A DNA stretch of 64,000 nt, from positions 62,001 through 126,000 of the forward strand of contig NIVC01000268.1 in the NCBI GenBank assembly GCA_002269645.1, written 5' to 3'. The translations under genes were made by a program, and so were the position numbers. Within the stretch, counting starts at the first letter, position 1. Every line of letters starts with the position of its first letter. Source of the DNA: Macrostomum lignano. Lineage: Eukaryota. This document shows positions 1-11,753 of this stretch, piece after piece. The notes under the pieces are model-generated. The model was not told the DNA's origin, searched no databases, and saw nothing but the letters and a program-made list of their open reading frames with translations.

Positions 1-221
1 GATCTACAAGCTGGGTGCCTTATGCCAATTAGTGCAATTATGCCAACCCCTGTTCTAAATGATGTCAGTTGGCATTCTAGTTATCAATTCGGCATCCTGA
101 ATTTGGACCCTGGAGGTCAAAATCGCGCTGATATTTGGATGCTTAAAAAACCCTTGGAATACAAATTTTCCTTTAAATTCATGTCAAGAGCTTCCTATTT
201 GACCGCTGTCAAATTGGCACA

Positions 222-3200
222 ATGTCCGAACAATCAGACGAGGCCATTATTGCCAACATGAAATCGTTGATGGTGACTATTGGCGATTTGAAGGCTGACA
301 TGTTGCACATGCTGGAAAACGATGCTGGCCTTGTTGACTGTTTCAAAGCCACGCGCAGCGAGTCGGCCAGTCTGGCCCAGGCTGTGGCCGAGCTTGAGAC
401 CCGATTAGGCCAGGCTATCGAGCGGGCCAGGTCCGAGGTGCTGCCCGAGGTGGACGCGAGATTGGCGGAATATCCTAAGGTGACTAAGATAGCTGACTTA
501 TGAGCTGCTAGCTGCATCATTGGCACTGATTCTCTATTTGGTCTGTATTGGATAAATCAGTAACTTTAGCCAGGGCCTGAAACACGCTTGGGATTCTTAT
601 AGTGTCTTCCCATAACCATGGAAGATTCTCAGTTTGTGAGACACCTGTGATAAAAAATATTGGATTGCTAGATTAAAATTTTTTTGCTCCCAGATCCGCA
701 GAAGCTGGGTCACCGCCACCCTCCCAGATCCCCAGTTGCTAAGCCAGCCTCCCAGATCATCTGTTTCTGGGTCAGCCTCCCAGATCCCCAGTTGCTGAGC
801 CAGCCTCCCAGATCATCTGTTTCTGGGTCAGCCTCCCAGATCCCCAGTTGCTGGGCCAGCCTCCCCGAGTGTCAGTTGCTGGGCCAGCCTCCCCGAGTGT
901 CGGTTGCTGGGCCAGCCTCCCCGAGTGTCAGTTGCTGGGCCAGCCTCCCAGATCCTCAGTGGGTGGGCCAGCCTCCCAGATCATCAGTTGCTGAGCCAGC
1001 CTCCCAGATCATCAGTTGCTGAGCCAGCCTCCCAGATCATCAGTTGCTGGACCAACCTCATAGTGTCAGTTGCTGGGCCAGCCTCCCAGAGTGTCAGTTG
1101 CTGGGCCAGCCTTCCGGATCCTCAGTTGCTGGGCCAGCCTCCCAGATCATCAGTTGCTGGACCAACCTCATAGTTTCAGTTGCTGGGCCAGCCTCCCAGA
1201 GTGTCAGTTGCTGGGCCAGCCTTCCGGATCCTCAGTTGCTGGGCCAGCTCCCGGATCCTCAGTTGCTGGGCCAGCCTCCCGGATCATCAGTTGCTGGGCC
1301 AGCCTTCCATCAGTTGCTGGGCCAGCCTCCCAGAGTTTCAGTTGCTAGGCCAGCCTCCCGAATCCTCAGTGGCTGGGCCAACTGTAAAATCAAATCCTCC
1401 CTTCTAAACCGAAACTATCACAGATCCTCATTCTCAGTATTATCACAGAGTTCCCGTCTTCAGTTAATAACCGAAATGTTTGTCCCACCTTCCACAAAGG
1501 TGCTGGAGCAGCTGCGCAGTGCCGAGCTGGTCCACCAGGCCATGTCAGTCATTAGCGACATTCAGTGCCGCATGGCCAGCCTGCAGCAGAGCACTAAAGA
1601 GGGCCGATATCTGGACTGCATCGACGAAGTTGTCGCTCTCGACGCGCTGTTTCGTCGCGATTTACAACTTGTTAAAGAGGATATTCAGGTGGGTTCAGAA
1701 TTGTTAATTGGATAGGTCTGAATCTCGATTCGTTATATTTGAATGTAGATGTAATAGATCTGATCTAAATTGTTTAAGTCTGATTCTAGATAGAATATAT
1801 GCGCATCTAGATGGGATAGATCTGAATCTACATGGGATGTATGTGAATCTAGATGGAATGGATGTGAATCTAGATGGAATAGATGTGAATCTAGATAGAA
1901 TAGATGTGAATCTAGATGGAATAGAAGTGAATCTAGATGGAATAGATGTGAATCTAGATGGAATAGATGTGAATCTAGATGGAATAGATGTGAATCTAGA
2001 TAGAATAGATGTAAATCTAGATGGAATGGATGTGAATCTAGATGGAATGGATGTGAATCTAGATGGAATAGATGTGAATCTAGATGGGATAGATTTGAAT
2101 CTACATGGGATATATGTGAATTTAGATGGAATAGATGTGAATCCAGATGGAATATATGTGAATCTAGATGGAATAGATGTGTATCTAGATGGAATAGATG
2201 TGAATCTACGAGCTAGATGGAATAGATGTGAATCTAAATGGAATAGATGTGAATCTAGATGGAATAGATGTGTATCTAGATGGAATAGAAGTGAATCTAG
2301 ATGGAATAGATGTGAATCCAGATGGAATAGATGTGAATCTAGATGGAATAGATGTGAATCTAGATGGAATAGATGTGAATCCAGATGGAATAGATGTGAA
2401 TCTAGATGGAATAGATGTGTATCTAGATGGAATAGATGTGAATCTAGATTGAATAGAAGTGAATCTAGATGGAATAGATGTGAATCTAAATGGAATAGAT
2501 GTGAATCTAGATGGAATAGATGTGAATCTAGATGGAATAGATGTGAATCTACGAGCTAGATGGAATAGATGTGAATCTAAATGGAATAGATGTGAATCTA
2601 GATGGAATAGATGTGAATCCAGATGGAATAGATGTGTATCTAGATGGAATAGATGTGAATCTACGAGCTAGATGGAATAGATGTGAATCTAAATGGAATA
2701 GATGTGAATCTAGATGGAATAGATGTGAATCTAGATGGAATAGATGTGAATCTAGATGGAATAGATGTGTATCTAGATGGAATAGATGTGAATCTACGAG
2801 CTAGATGGAATAGATGTGAATCTACGAGCTAGATGGAATAGATGTGAATCTAGATGGAATAGATGTGTATCTAGATGGAATAGATGTGAATCTACGAGCT
2901 AGATGGAATAGATGTGAATCCAGATGGAATAGATGTGAATCTAGATGGAATAGATGTGAATCTAGATGGAATAGATGTGAATCCAGATGGAATAGATGTG
3001 AATCTAGATGGAATAGATGTGTATCTAGATGGAATGGATGTGAATCTAGATTGAATAGAAGTGAATCTAGATGGAATAGATGTGAATCTAAATGGAATAG
3101 ATGTGAATCTAGATGGAATAGATGTGAATCCAGATGGAATAGATGTGAATCTAGATGGAATAGATGTGTATCTAGATGGAATAGATGTGAATCTACGAGC

Positions 3201-5259
3201 TAGATGGAATAGATGTGAATCTAAATGGAATAGGTGTGAATCTAGATGGAATAGATGTGAATCTAGATGGAATAGATGTGTATCTAGATGGAATAGATGT
3301 GAATCTACGAGCTAGATGGAATAGATGTGAATCTACGAGCTAGATGGAATAGATGTGAATCCAGATGGAATAGATGTGAATCTAGATGGAATAGATGTGA
3401 ATCTAGATGGAATAGATGTGAATCCAGATGGAATAGATGTGAATCTAGATGGAATAGATGTGTATCTAGATGGAATGGATGTGAATCTAGATTGAATAGA
3501 AGTGAATCTAGATGGAATAGATGTGAATCTAAATGGAATAGATGTGAATCTAGATGGAATAGATGTGAATCCAGATGGAATAGATGTGAATCTAGATGGA
3601 ATAGATGTGTATCTAGATGGAATAGATGTGAATCTACGAGCTAGATGGAATAGATGTGAATCTAAATGGAATAGGTGTGAATCTAGATGGAATAGATGTG
3701 AATCTAGATGGAATAGATGTGTATCTAGATGGAATAGATGTGAATCTACGAGCTAGATGGAATAGATGTGAATCTTAATGGAATAGATGTGAATCTAGAT
3801 GGAATAGATGTGAATCTAGATGGAATAGATGTGTATCTAGATGGAATAGATGTGAATCTAGATTGAATAGAAGTGAATCTAGATGGAATAGATGTGAATC
3901 CAGATGGAATAGATGTGTATCTAGATGGAATAGATGTGAATCTACGAGCTAGATGGAATAGATGTGTATCTAGATGGAATAGAAGTGAATCTAGATGGAA
4001 TAGATGTGAATCTAGATGGAATAGATGTGAATCCAGATGGAATAGATGTGAATCTAGATGGAATAGATGTGTATCTAGATGGAATAGATGTGAATCTAGA
4101 TTGAATAGAAGTGAATCTAGATGGAATAGATGTGAATCCAGATGGAATAGATGTGTATCTAGATGGAATAGATGTGAATCTACGAGCTAGATGGAATAGA
4201 TGTGTATCTAGATGGAATAGATGTGAATCTAGATGGAATAGATGTGAATCTAGATGGAATAGATGTGTATCTAGATGGAATAGATGTGAATCTACGAGCT
4301 AGATGGAATAGATGTGAATCTACGAGCTAGATGGAATAGATGTGAATCTAGATGGAATAGATGTGAATCTAGATGGGATAGATGTGTAAATCTAGATGAG
4401 ATTGATGTGTGAATCTAGATGGGATAGATGTGAATCTAGATGGGATAGATGTGAATCTAGATGGGATGGATCTAAATCTAGATGGGATAGATGTGTAAAT
4501 CTAGATGAGATAGATGTGAATCTAGATGGGATGGATCTAAATCTAGATGGGATAGATGTGTAAATCTAGATGAGATAGATGTGTAAATCTAGCTGGGATG
4601 GATGTGTAAATCTAGATACGAGTAGGATAGATGTGAATCTAGAGGGGATAGATGTGAATCTAGACAGGATAGATCTGAATCTAGATAGGATAGATCTGCA
4701 TCTAAATGGGATAGATCTGCATCTAGGTAGGATAGATCTGAATCTAGATAGGATAGATCTGCATGTAGATGAGATAGATCTGAATCTACATGGGATAGAT
4801 CTGAATATATATGTGGAGAGGATAGATCTGAATCGAGATAAAATAGATCTGAGTCGGTATTGAGTAGATGTGAGGGCTTGAGTCTAAATCAAAAGCACGC
4901 ATCAACCGAATCTTTTCAGGTCCTCACCCTGCTACGCAATCTATTTATAACGTGCAAGCACAATCTGCACGACGCCTTCTTGACGATGTGGTCCAATAAT
5001 TTTGTGTTCAAAGAGCCGCTGGAGCGACCGCTGATCTGCAGTTTGACTGTCCGAAATCTCGCCAATGCGCCAAAACTTGTGCGGGCGTTTCAGGTTTGTC
5101 AAGCCTTACGTAGCGTTTTTTTTACTTCTATTCTCCATCTGTGCCTGTGTCTGGGTTAACTGCTTGATTGGTTTGCCTGTGTGTCTATCTATCTTAGTGT
5201 CAGGATCTGTCTATCTACAGAACAGTATTTGCCTTACCTATTTGTATTTGTTTGTCTGC

Positions 5260-5299
<40 letters not shown>

Positions 5300-5407
5300 T
5301 TGTCTGCCTGTCTGTCTGTCTGTATGTTTGTCTGTCTGTCTGTCTGTCTGTTTGTTTGTCTGCCGGTCTATCTGACCCGCTGCTTGTCTGTCTGTCTGTT
5401 TGTCTGC

Positions 5408-5479
<72 letters not shown>

Positions 5480-8400
5480 TTGTCTGCCGGTCTATCTGAC
5501 CCGCTGCTTGTCTGTCTGTCTGTTTGTGTATCTGTCTATTTGTCTGTCTGCTTTTCTGTCTGCCTTCCTGTCTGTTTTGTACGGGTGGGTTGAAATGTTT
5601 CCATTAATCTTAGTATTGTGTATCTCATTATCATGATCAAACTTTGCCTCACTCTTCAGGCTCTCAAGCTGTTCCACTCCAAAGTGGACGCCCAATTAGC
5701 CGACACCCTGCTGTCCCGCTTCCTACTGCCAGTAATATCTGACGGATCTCTCGTATTGGAATGCAATGCAGTTGAAAATCAATTAGAATTGGTGCTGCTG
5801 GATGCTGGCCAAGAGCAGCAGGCCGCCGACGGCGAGGCTGACGTCGAAAACGATGTCGATGATAGCGACAGTCAGCGTCGGTGCTCTCGTAGGCCGCCGC
5901 TACCGTTGGCTCTGTGCGCCTGTCTGTCGCCAACTCTGGACACGCTGCGCGAGTTCCTGCTGAGCCTGCCGCTGTCCGACACTTCTGAAGAGCAGCAGCA
6001 GAGCGAGTCTGACAAACAGCCAGCAGCAATGACTACATTGGCTGATCGACTGAGACCTTTGATGGAGAATCAACTGACTGAGCGTCTGATTACAGACTGT
6101 TTAGCTAAGACTGTGCCTACGGACTGGGCTGGACTGCAGGTAAATGTCTTTTTATGATATGAAATATTACTTTTGAAATTCTTTGTACTCTGGACAATAA
6201 ACTTCACTTTATAAATCGATCTCCCCACTCCCCATCCAAACTTTAGGGATCCAAATTCCTAAATTCCATGATCCCATCCCACCTTCAGCGATCCCCATCT
6301 CAAATTCCATGATCCCACCCCACCTTCAGGGATCCCCAACTCAAATTTTTCGATCCCATCTCACCTTCACGGATCCATCCCCATCCCACCTTCAGGGATC
6401 CCCATCCCACCTTCAGGGATCCCCATCCCACCTTCAGGGATCCCCATCCCACCTTCAGGGATCCCCATCCCACCTTCAGGGATCCCCATTTCACCTTCAG
6501 GGATCCCCATCCCACCTTCAGGGATCCCCATCCCACCTTCAGGGATCCCCATCCCACCTTCAGTGATCCCCATCCCACCTTTAGGGATCCCCATCCCACC
6601 TTCAAGGATCCCCATCCCACCTTCAGGGATCCCCATCCCACCTTCAGGGATCCCCATCCCACCTTCAAGGATCCCCATCCCACCTTCAGGGATCCCCATC
6701 CCACCTTCAGGGATCCCCATCCCACCTTCAAGGATCCCCATCCCACCTTCAGGGATCCCCATCCCACCTTCAGTGATCCCCATCCCACCTTCAAGGATCC
6801 CCATCCCACATTCGGGGGCCCCCACCTTCAGGGATCCCCATCCCACCTTCAAGGATCCCCATCCCACCTTCAAGGATCCCCATCCCACATTCGGGGGCCC
6901 CCACCTTCAGGGATCCCCATCCCACCTTCAAGGATCCCCATCCCACCTTCAAGGATCCCCATCCCACATTCGGGGGCCCCCACCTTCAGGGATCCCCATC
7001 CCACCTTTAGGGATCCCCATCCTACCTTCAGTGATCCCCATCCAACTTCACTGATCCCATCCCAACTTCATTCTCACTTAATCCCAACTTTATTGATCCC
7101 ATAAAACCGATATTTAGTTTTTCTCTTTCTCCAATCTCCCAAGGCCTACGGAGAAACGGCCGCGGCAGTGGAGCGCCTCGAGCACCAGCTTGTTGTTGAA
7201 TGCCGTTTAGTGTCGCCCAACGTCAGTCGTTTAGGCGAATTCGTACGCGAAATTGGCATAGTATTCGCCGAGAAACGCATTGCCGCTATTTTGGAAGCTG
7301 GCCGCGAAATTGCCGCTCGCTCTCTAGCCGACAGCGCTTTAGTTGATGAAGCTGCCGCCCAATCGGAGACAGGAATGGATGCGATCGATTTTGGCGACTG
7401 CATCGGCGGTGGAAAAGAGGCGGTTGAATTGATTGAAAAGTACATTGATAGGTAAGACTAGCTATGGTTTGTTCTGGTTGTTCGAAGGGGTACAGAATTC
7501 TCTGATTGGTCAGCGAGTGTGCTGGGTGAGTCATTGATTCTCGGATTGGTCAGCGAGTGTGCAGAGTGAGTCATCGATTCTCTGATTGGTCAGCGAGTGT
7601 GCTGAGTGAGTCATTGGTTCTCTGATTGGTCAGCGAGTGTGCTGAGTGAGTCATTGGTTCTCTGATTGGTCAGCGAGTGTGCTGAGTGAGTCATTGATTC
7701 TCTGATTGGTCAGCGAGTGTGCTGGGTGAGTCATTGATTCTCTGATTGGTTAGCGAGTGTGCTGAGTGAGTCATTGATTCTCTGATTGGTTAGCGAGTGT
7801 GCTGGGTGAGTCATTGATTCTCTGATTGGTCAGCGAGTGTGCTGGGTGAGTCATTGATTCTCTGATTGGTCAGCGAGTGTGCTGGGTGAGTCATTGATTC
7901 TCTGATTGGTTAGCGAGTGTGCAGAGTGAGTCATTGATTCTCTGATTGGTCAGCGAGTGTGCTGGGTGAGTCATTGATTCTCTGATTGGTCAGCGAGTGT
8001 GCTGGGTGAGTCATTGATTCTCTGATTGGTCAGCGAGTGTGCTGGGTGAGTCATTGATTCTCTGATTGGTCAGCGAGTGTGCTGGGTGAGTCGTAGATTC
8101 TGTGATTGCTTAATTAGTATGTTTAATGAATTATTGTTTTATCAAAGAAACATCTCACTCTGCAGCCAGGATAACAATTAGGCACTACAACTAGACACTA
8201 TTTGCACTACTAAATCAGTAGCAAATGTAGACTGTGTAATTTTTATTGTAAATAGAAATTTCCATAATCTCTTCACTGACCTAAAAAACGCAGGCGTGCA
8301 TTTGCATTCCCAACCTGTCGGGTCAGCCAGTCGGCCATTGACTTAGTGGAATATATTGGCCAGATTTGCCGCGAAGCGTCCTCAACCGCCGGAGACGGAG

Positions 8401-10231
8401 GTGGCGACTCAAGCGACGGAGTGGCAGCAACAGGAGGAGGCGGAGTTGACGGCAAGTTCAGCGCCGAGCTTCGTTGCCGCATTGGCCAGTGCTGCCGGAA
8501 ACTTCTGCTGCTCTATCGGGACACGGCCAGTCTGATTCACGCTGAGCAGCTGGCGTCTGTGCCGCAACTGGCCGCTCTGTATTATAATAATTGTTACTAT
8601 TTAGCTCACTGCGCTGTGGATATTGAGCATAGGTTAGTTGCTCGTCTTATATTAGCTTTACGTCTTTAACAGGAATCTTCTAGAGATAATTACTCATAAT
8701 CCTCTAAAAAATTGCTCAGAATCCTCTAAAAATTACTCATAATCCTATAAAATTACTCATAATCCTCTAAAAAATTGCTCATAATCCTCTAAAAAATTGC
8801 TCAGAATCCTCTAAAAATTACTCATAATCCTATAAAATTACTCATAATCCTCTAAAAAATTGCTCATAATCCTCTGCAAGATTTTCTCTACACTATAATC
8901 CTCTACAAAAAGGCTTATAATCCCCTGAAAAAATTGCTCATAATCCCAGAAATAATCGCACATAATCCCCTAAAAGAATCGCTCATAATCCCCGGATAAA
9001 ATCGCTCAAAATCCCTGAAAGAATCGTTCATAATCATAATCCCCTACAAAAATCGCTCATAATCCCCTGAAAGAAATGCTCATAATCCCAGAAATAATCG
9101 CTCATAATCCCTGGATATAATCGCTCATAATCCCTGAAAGAATCGTTCATAATCACCTACAAAAATCGCTCATAATCCCCTACAAGAATCGTTCATAATC
9201 CTCTGAAAGAATCGCTCATAATCCTGTGAAAGAATCGCTCATAATCCTCTAAAAGAATCGCTCATAATCTCCTAGAAGAATCGCTCATAATCCCCTACAA
9301 GAATCGCTCATAATCTCCTAGAAGAATCGCTCATAATCCCCTACAAGAATCGCTCATAATCTCCTAGAAGAATCGCTCATAATCTCCTAGAAGAATCGCT
9401 CATAATCCCTTACAAAAATCGCTCATAATGCTAAAAGAATCGTTCATAATCCCTTGAAAGAATCGCTCATTGTCTCCTAAAAAAATCGCTCAAAATCCTT
9501 TGCAAATAATCGCTCATAATCCTATCAAAAAATCTTAAAGAACCAGACAAAGACAACAGCCCCAAAATCGCTTTGCCCTCAGATTCGTCGGCCCGCTAGT
9601 GTCAGGCCGGGGTTCGAACCCGCCGCCAAAATGTTTAGTAGACGCGGCAGCCGCTCTGCGCACAGACGGCGCCAGAATTTTCCTGGCCCAGCTGGCCCGG
9701 CAGCGCGATCTCATCCTGGAGCCGGCCAATCAGCTGACAGTCGGTCAGCAATCAGCTGGCGGCAGCTACGAAGCCAACAATCGACTGTGCCGCCAGTCGC
9801 TGTACCAGTTGGAATGCCTGGCAAGGGTCTGGTCTGTACTGCCTACGAAAATCTGCTGCAAAGCCTTAGGCGCACTGGCCCATTGTCTGCTAGCCCAGCT
9901 GACATCGTTCACCCTTGCACAAGAAGATTTCGATTGTCGCGATGCCGACGATCTAGCTAGAATCTTTCAGTGGGTTCAGGAGCGCCTAGCGAAGGTGTTC
10001 CACGATGCCGCTAACGGTTCGGCTTCGTTAGAGCGCTGCGCCCCCGGCTGGCCGAGATTCTGCCTATTGGGCCGAATGCTGTCTGCTCCGCTAGCCGCTT
10101 TTCCCGACCTGTGGTGCGATGGTAAAAGTCCGCTAGCCGATGCGTTTAGCGACGCTGAGGTTAGGGGCATTGTGAAAGCTCTGTTTACTAATACTGACGA
10201 TAGGGCCGCTGTGCTAGCTAAGATTAACTGA
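222..10231 (+). CDS. ZW10: Centromere/kinetochore protein ZW10 homolog (RZZ/NRZ complex), 7 coding exons, about 798 aa
   Basis: Exons 222-479, 1500-1688, 4920-5093, 5660-6139, 7144-7451, 8294-8632, 9583-10231. All introns are GT-AG with matching phases (0,0,0,0,2,2); total 2397 nt. Motifs recognised from ZW10: FAFPTCRVSQS, VPQLAALYYNNCYYLAH, C-terminal VRGIVKALFTNTDDRAAVLAKIN. Confidence 0.93.
684..1381. repeat. About 28-bp minisatellite (CCTCCCAGATCATCAGTTGCTGGGCCAG and variants) in ZW10 intron 1
   Basis: Direct tandem repeats read from the sequence. Confidence 0.95.
1790..4855. repeat. 21-bp minisatellite (GATGGAATAGATGTGAATCTA)n with recurrent 7-bp CGAGCTA insertions, ZW10 intron 2
   Basis: About 3 kb of tandem repeat with a homogeneous centre and degenerate edges. 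Confidence 0.97.
5175..5575. repeat. (CTGT)n microsatellite, ZW10 intron 3
   Basis: Tetranucleotide repeat with an internal duplicated GCCGGTCTATCTGACCCGCTGC block. Confidence 0.95.
6220..7070. repeat. 21-bp minisatellite (GGGATCCCCATCCCACCTTCA)n, ZW10 intron 4
   Basis: Direct tandem repeats. Confidence 0.97.
7497..8100. repeat. 40-bp minisatellite (TCTGATTGGTCAGCGAGTGTGCTG(A/G)GTGAGTCATTGATTC) x15, ZW10 intron 5
   Basis: Units start at 7501 and recur every 40 bp to 8061. Confidence 0.97.
8690..9530. repeat. Degenerate about 22-bp minisatellite (AAGAATCGCTCATAATCCCCTA), ZW10 intron 6
   Basis: Direct tandem repeats with a CTCATAATCC core. Confidence 0.92.
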
Positions 10232-10324
10232 GGTGTGTATAGTCATGCCGATGCTTGGATTTGGTTATTAGCAACGGTTTATCTCCATTGCAACCTGTCA
10301 CCCCATTTCGATCACTCCTAAGTC

Positions 10325-11275
10325 ACTCCAAGCCATAGACAGCAGAAAGTCACTCTCCAATTAGAATCCATAGACAATAGAAAGTCACTGTCCAATTAGA
10401 ATCCATAGACAATAGAAAGTCACTCTCCAATTAGAATCCATAGACAATAGAAAGTCACTGTCCAATTAGAATCCATAGACAGCAGAAAGTCACTCTCCAA
10501 TTAGAATCCATAGACAATAGAAAGTCACTCTCCAATTAGAATCCATAGACAATAGAAAGTCACTCTCCAATTAGAATCCATAGACAGCAGAAAGTCACTC
10601 TCCAATTAGAATCCATAGACAATAGAAAGTCAATCTCCAATTAGAATCCATAGACAATAGAAAGTCACTCTCCAATTAGAATCCATAGACAATAGAAAGT
10701 CACTCTCCAATTAGAATCCATAGACAATAGAAAGTCACTCTCCAATTAGAATCCATAGACAATAGAAAGTCACTCTCCAATTAGAATCCATAGACAATAG
10801 AAAGTCACTCTCCAATTAGAATCCATAGACAATAGAAAGTCACTCTCCAATTAGAACCCATAGACAATAGAAAGTCACTCTCCAATTAGAATCCATATAC
10901 AATAAAAAGTCACTCTCCAATTAGAATCCATAGACAATAGAAAGTCACTCTCCAATTAGAATCCATAGACAATAGAAAGTCACTCTCCAATTAGAATCCA
11001 TAGACAATAGAAAGTCACTCTCCAATTAGAAGCCATAGACAATAGAAAGTCACTCCACTTAAAAGCCATAGACTTTAGAAAGTCGCTCTCCACTTAGAAG
11101 CCATAGACTATAGAAAGTCACTCTCCAATTAGAATCCAAAGACAATAGAAAGTCGCTCTCCACTTAGAAGCCATAGACTATAGAAAGTCACTCTCCAATT
11201 AAAAACCATAGATAATAGAAAGTCACTCTCCAAATAGAATCCATAGACAATAGAAAGTCACTCCTCAGAAGCCAT
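10325..11275. repeat. 35-bp minisatellite (CCAATTAGAATCCATAGACAATAGAAAGTCACTCT)n downstream of the ZW10 stop
   Basis: Period 35 (AAAGTCACT at 10381 and 10416). Confidence 0.96.
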
Positions 11276-11753
11276 AAACAATAGATCAACAGTAACACTG
11301 TTACCTATGACGATTTTCGAAAATTCGTTAGATATATAAAATGCCGACATACATACTCGTATAATATTGGATACTAATATTTAAAGTAAAATCATTTGTA
11401 TACCAGCGTGTCATCAGGTAATTCATACAAGTTAATTTAGTCGTGGTTATATTAAAAACTCGCATTTCCCCTTCTGTTATTTGCTTTGCTGTGCAATTTC
11501 GTAATCCACGTTTCAATAATATCACCGTATTATTAAATATAGTATTTTCTTATTAATTTGACTGCTTTTTTGTTTTCTGACTAAAACGACACCTAAATTA
11601 ATTTCGCTTATGCAAAGTTAATCATTTCCTAAGACACTATATACATTTACTGGTACAAATTATTTTGACTCTTAATATTTGTTGCAATGTGTGATAAAGT
11701 TTATCGGCCAGGGGCTTTGTCTTTTTCTTTATTTTTTGCATTGAAAATCTTTA

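Noticed and set aside
684-4863. Long ORFs with LDGIDVN / RWNRCES / GQPP repeats
   Set aside because: Translations of intronic minisatellites in ZW10; the real exons splice around them.
6300-7054. GGMGIPE / IPIPPSG collagen- or elastin-like ORFs
   Set aside because: Products of a 21-bp array open in several frames on both strands, inside ZW10 intron 4.
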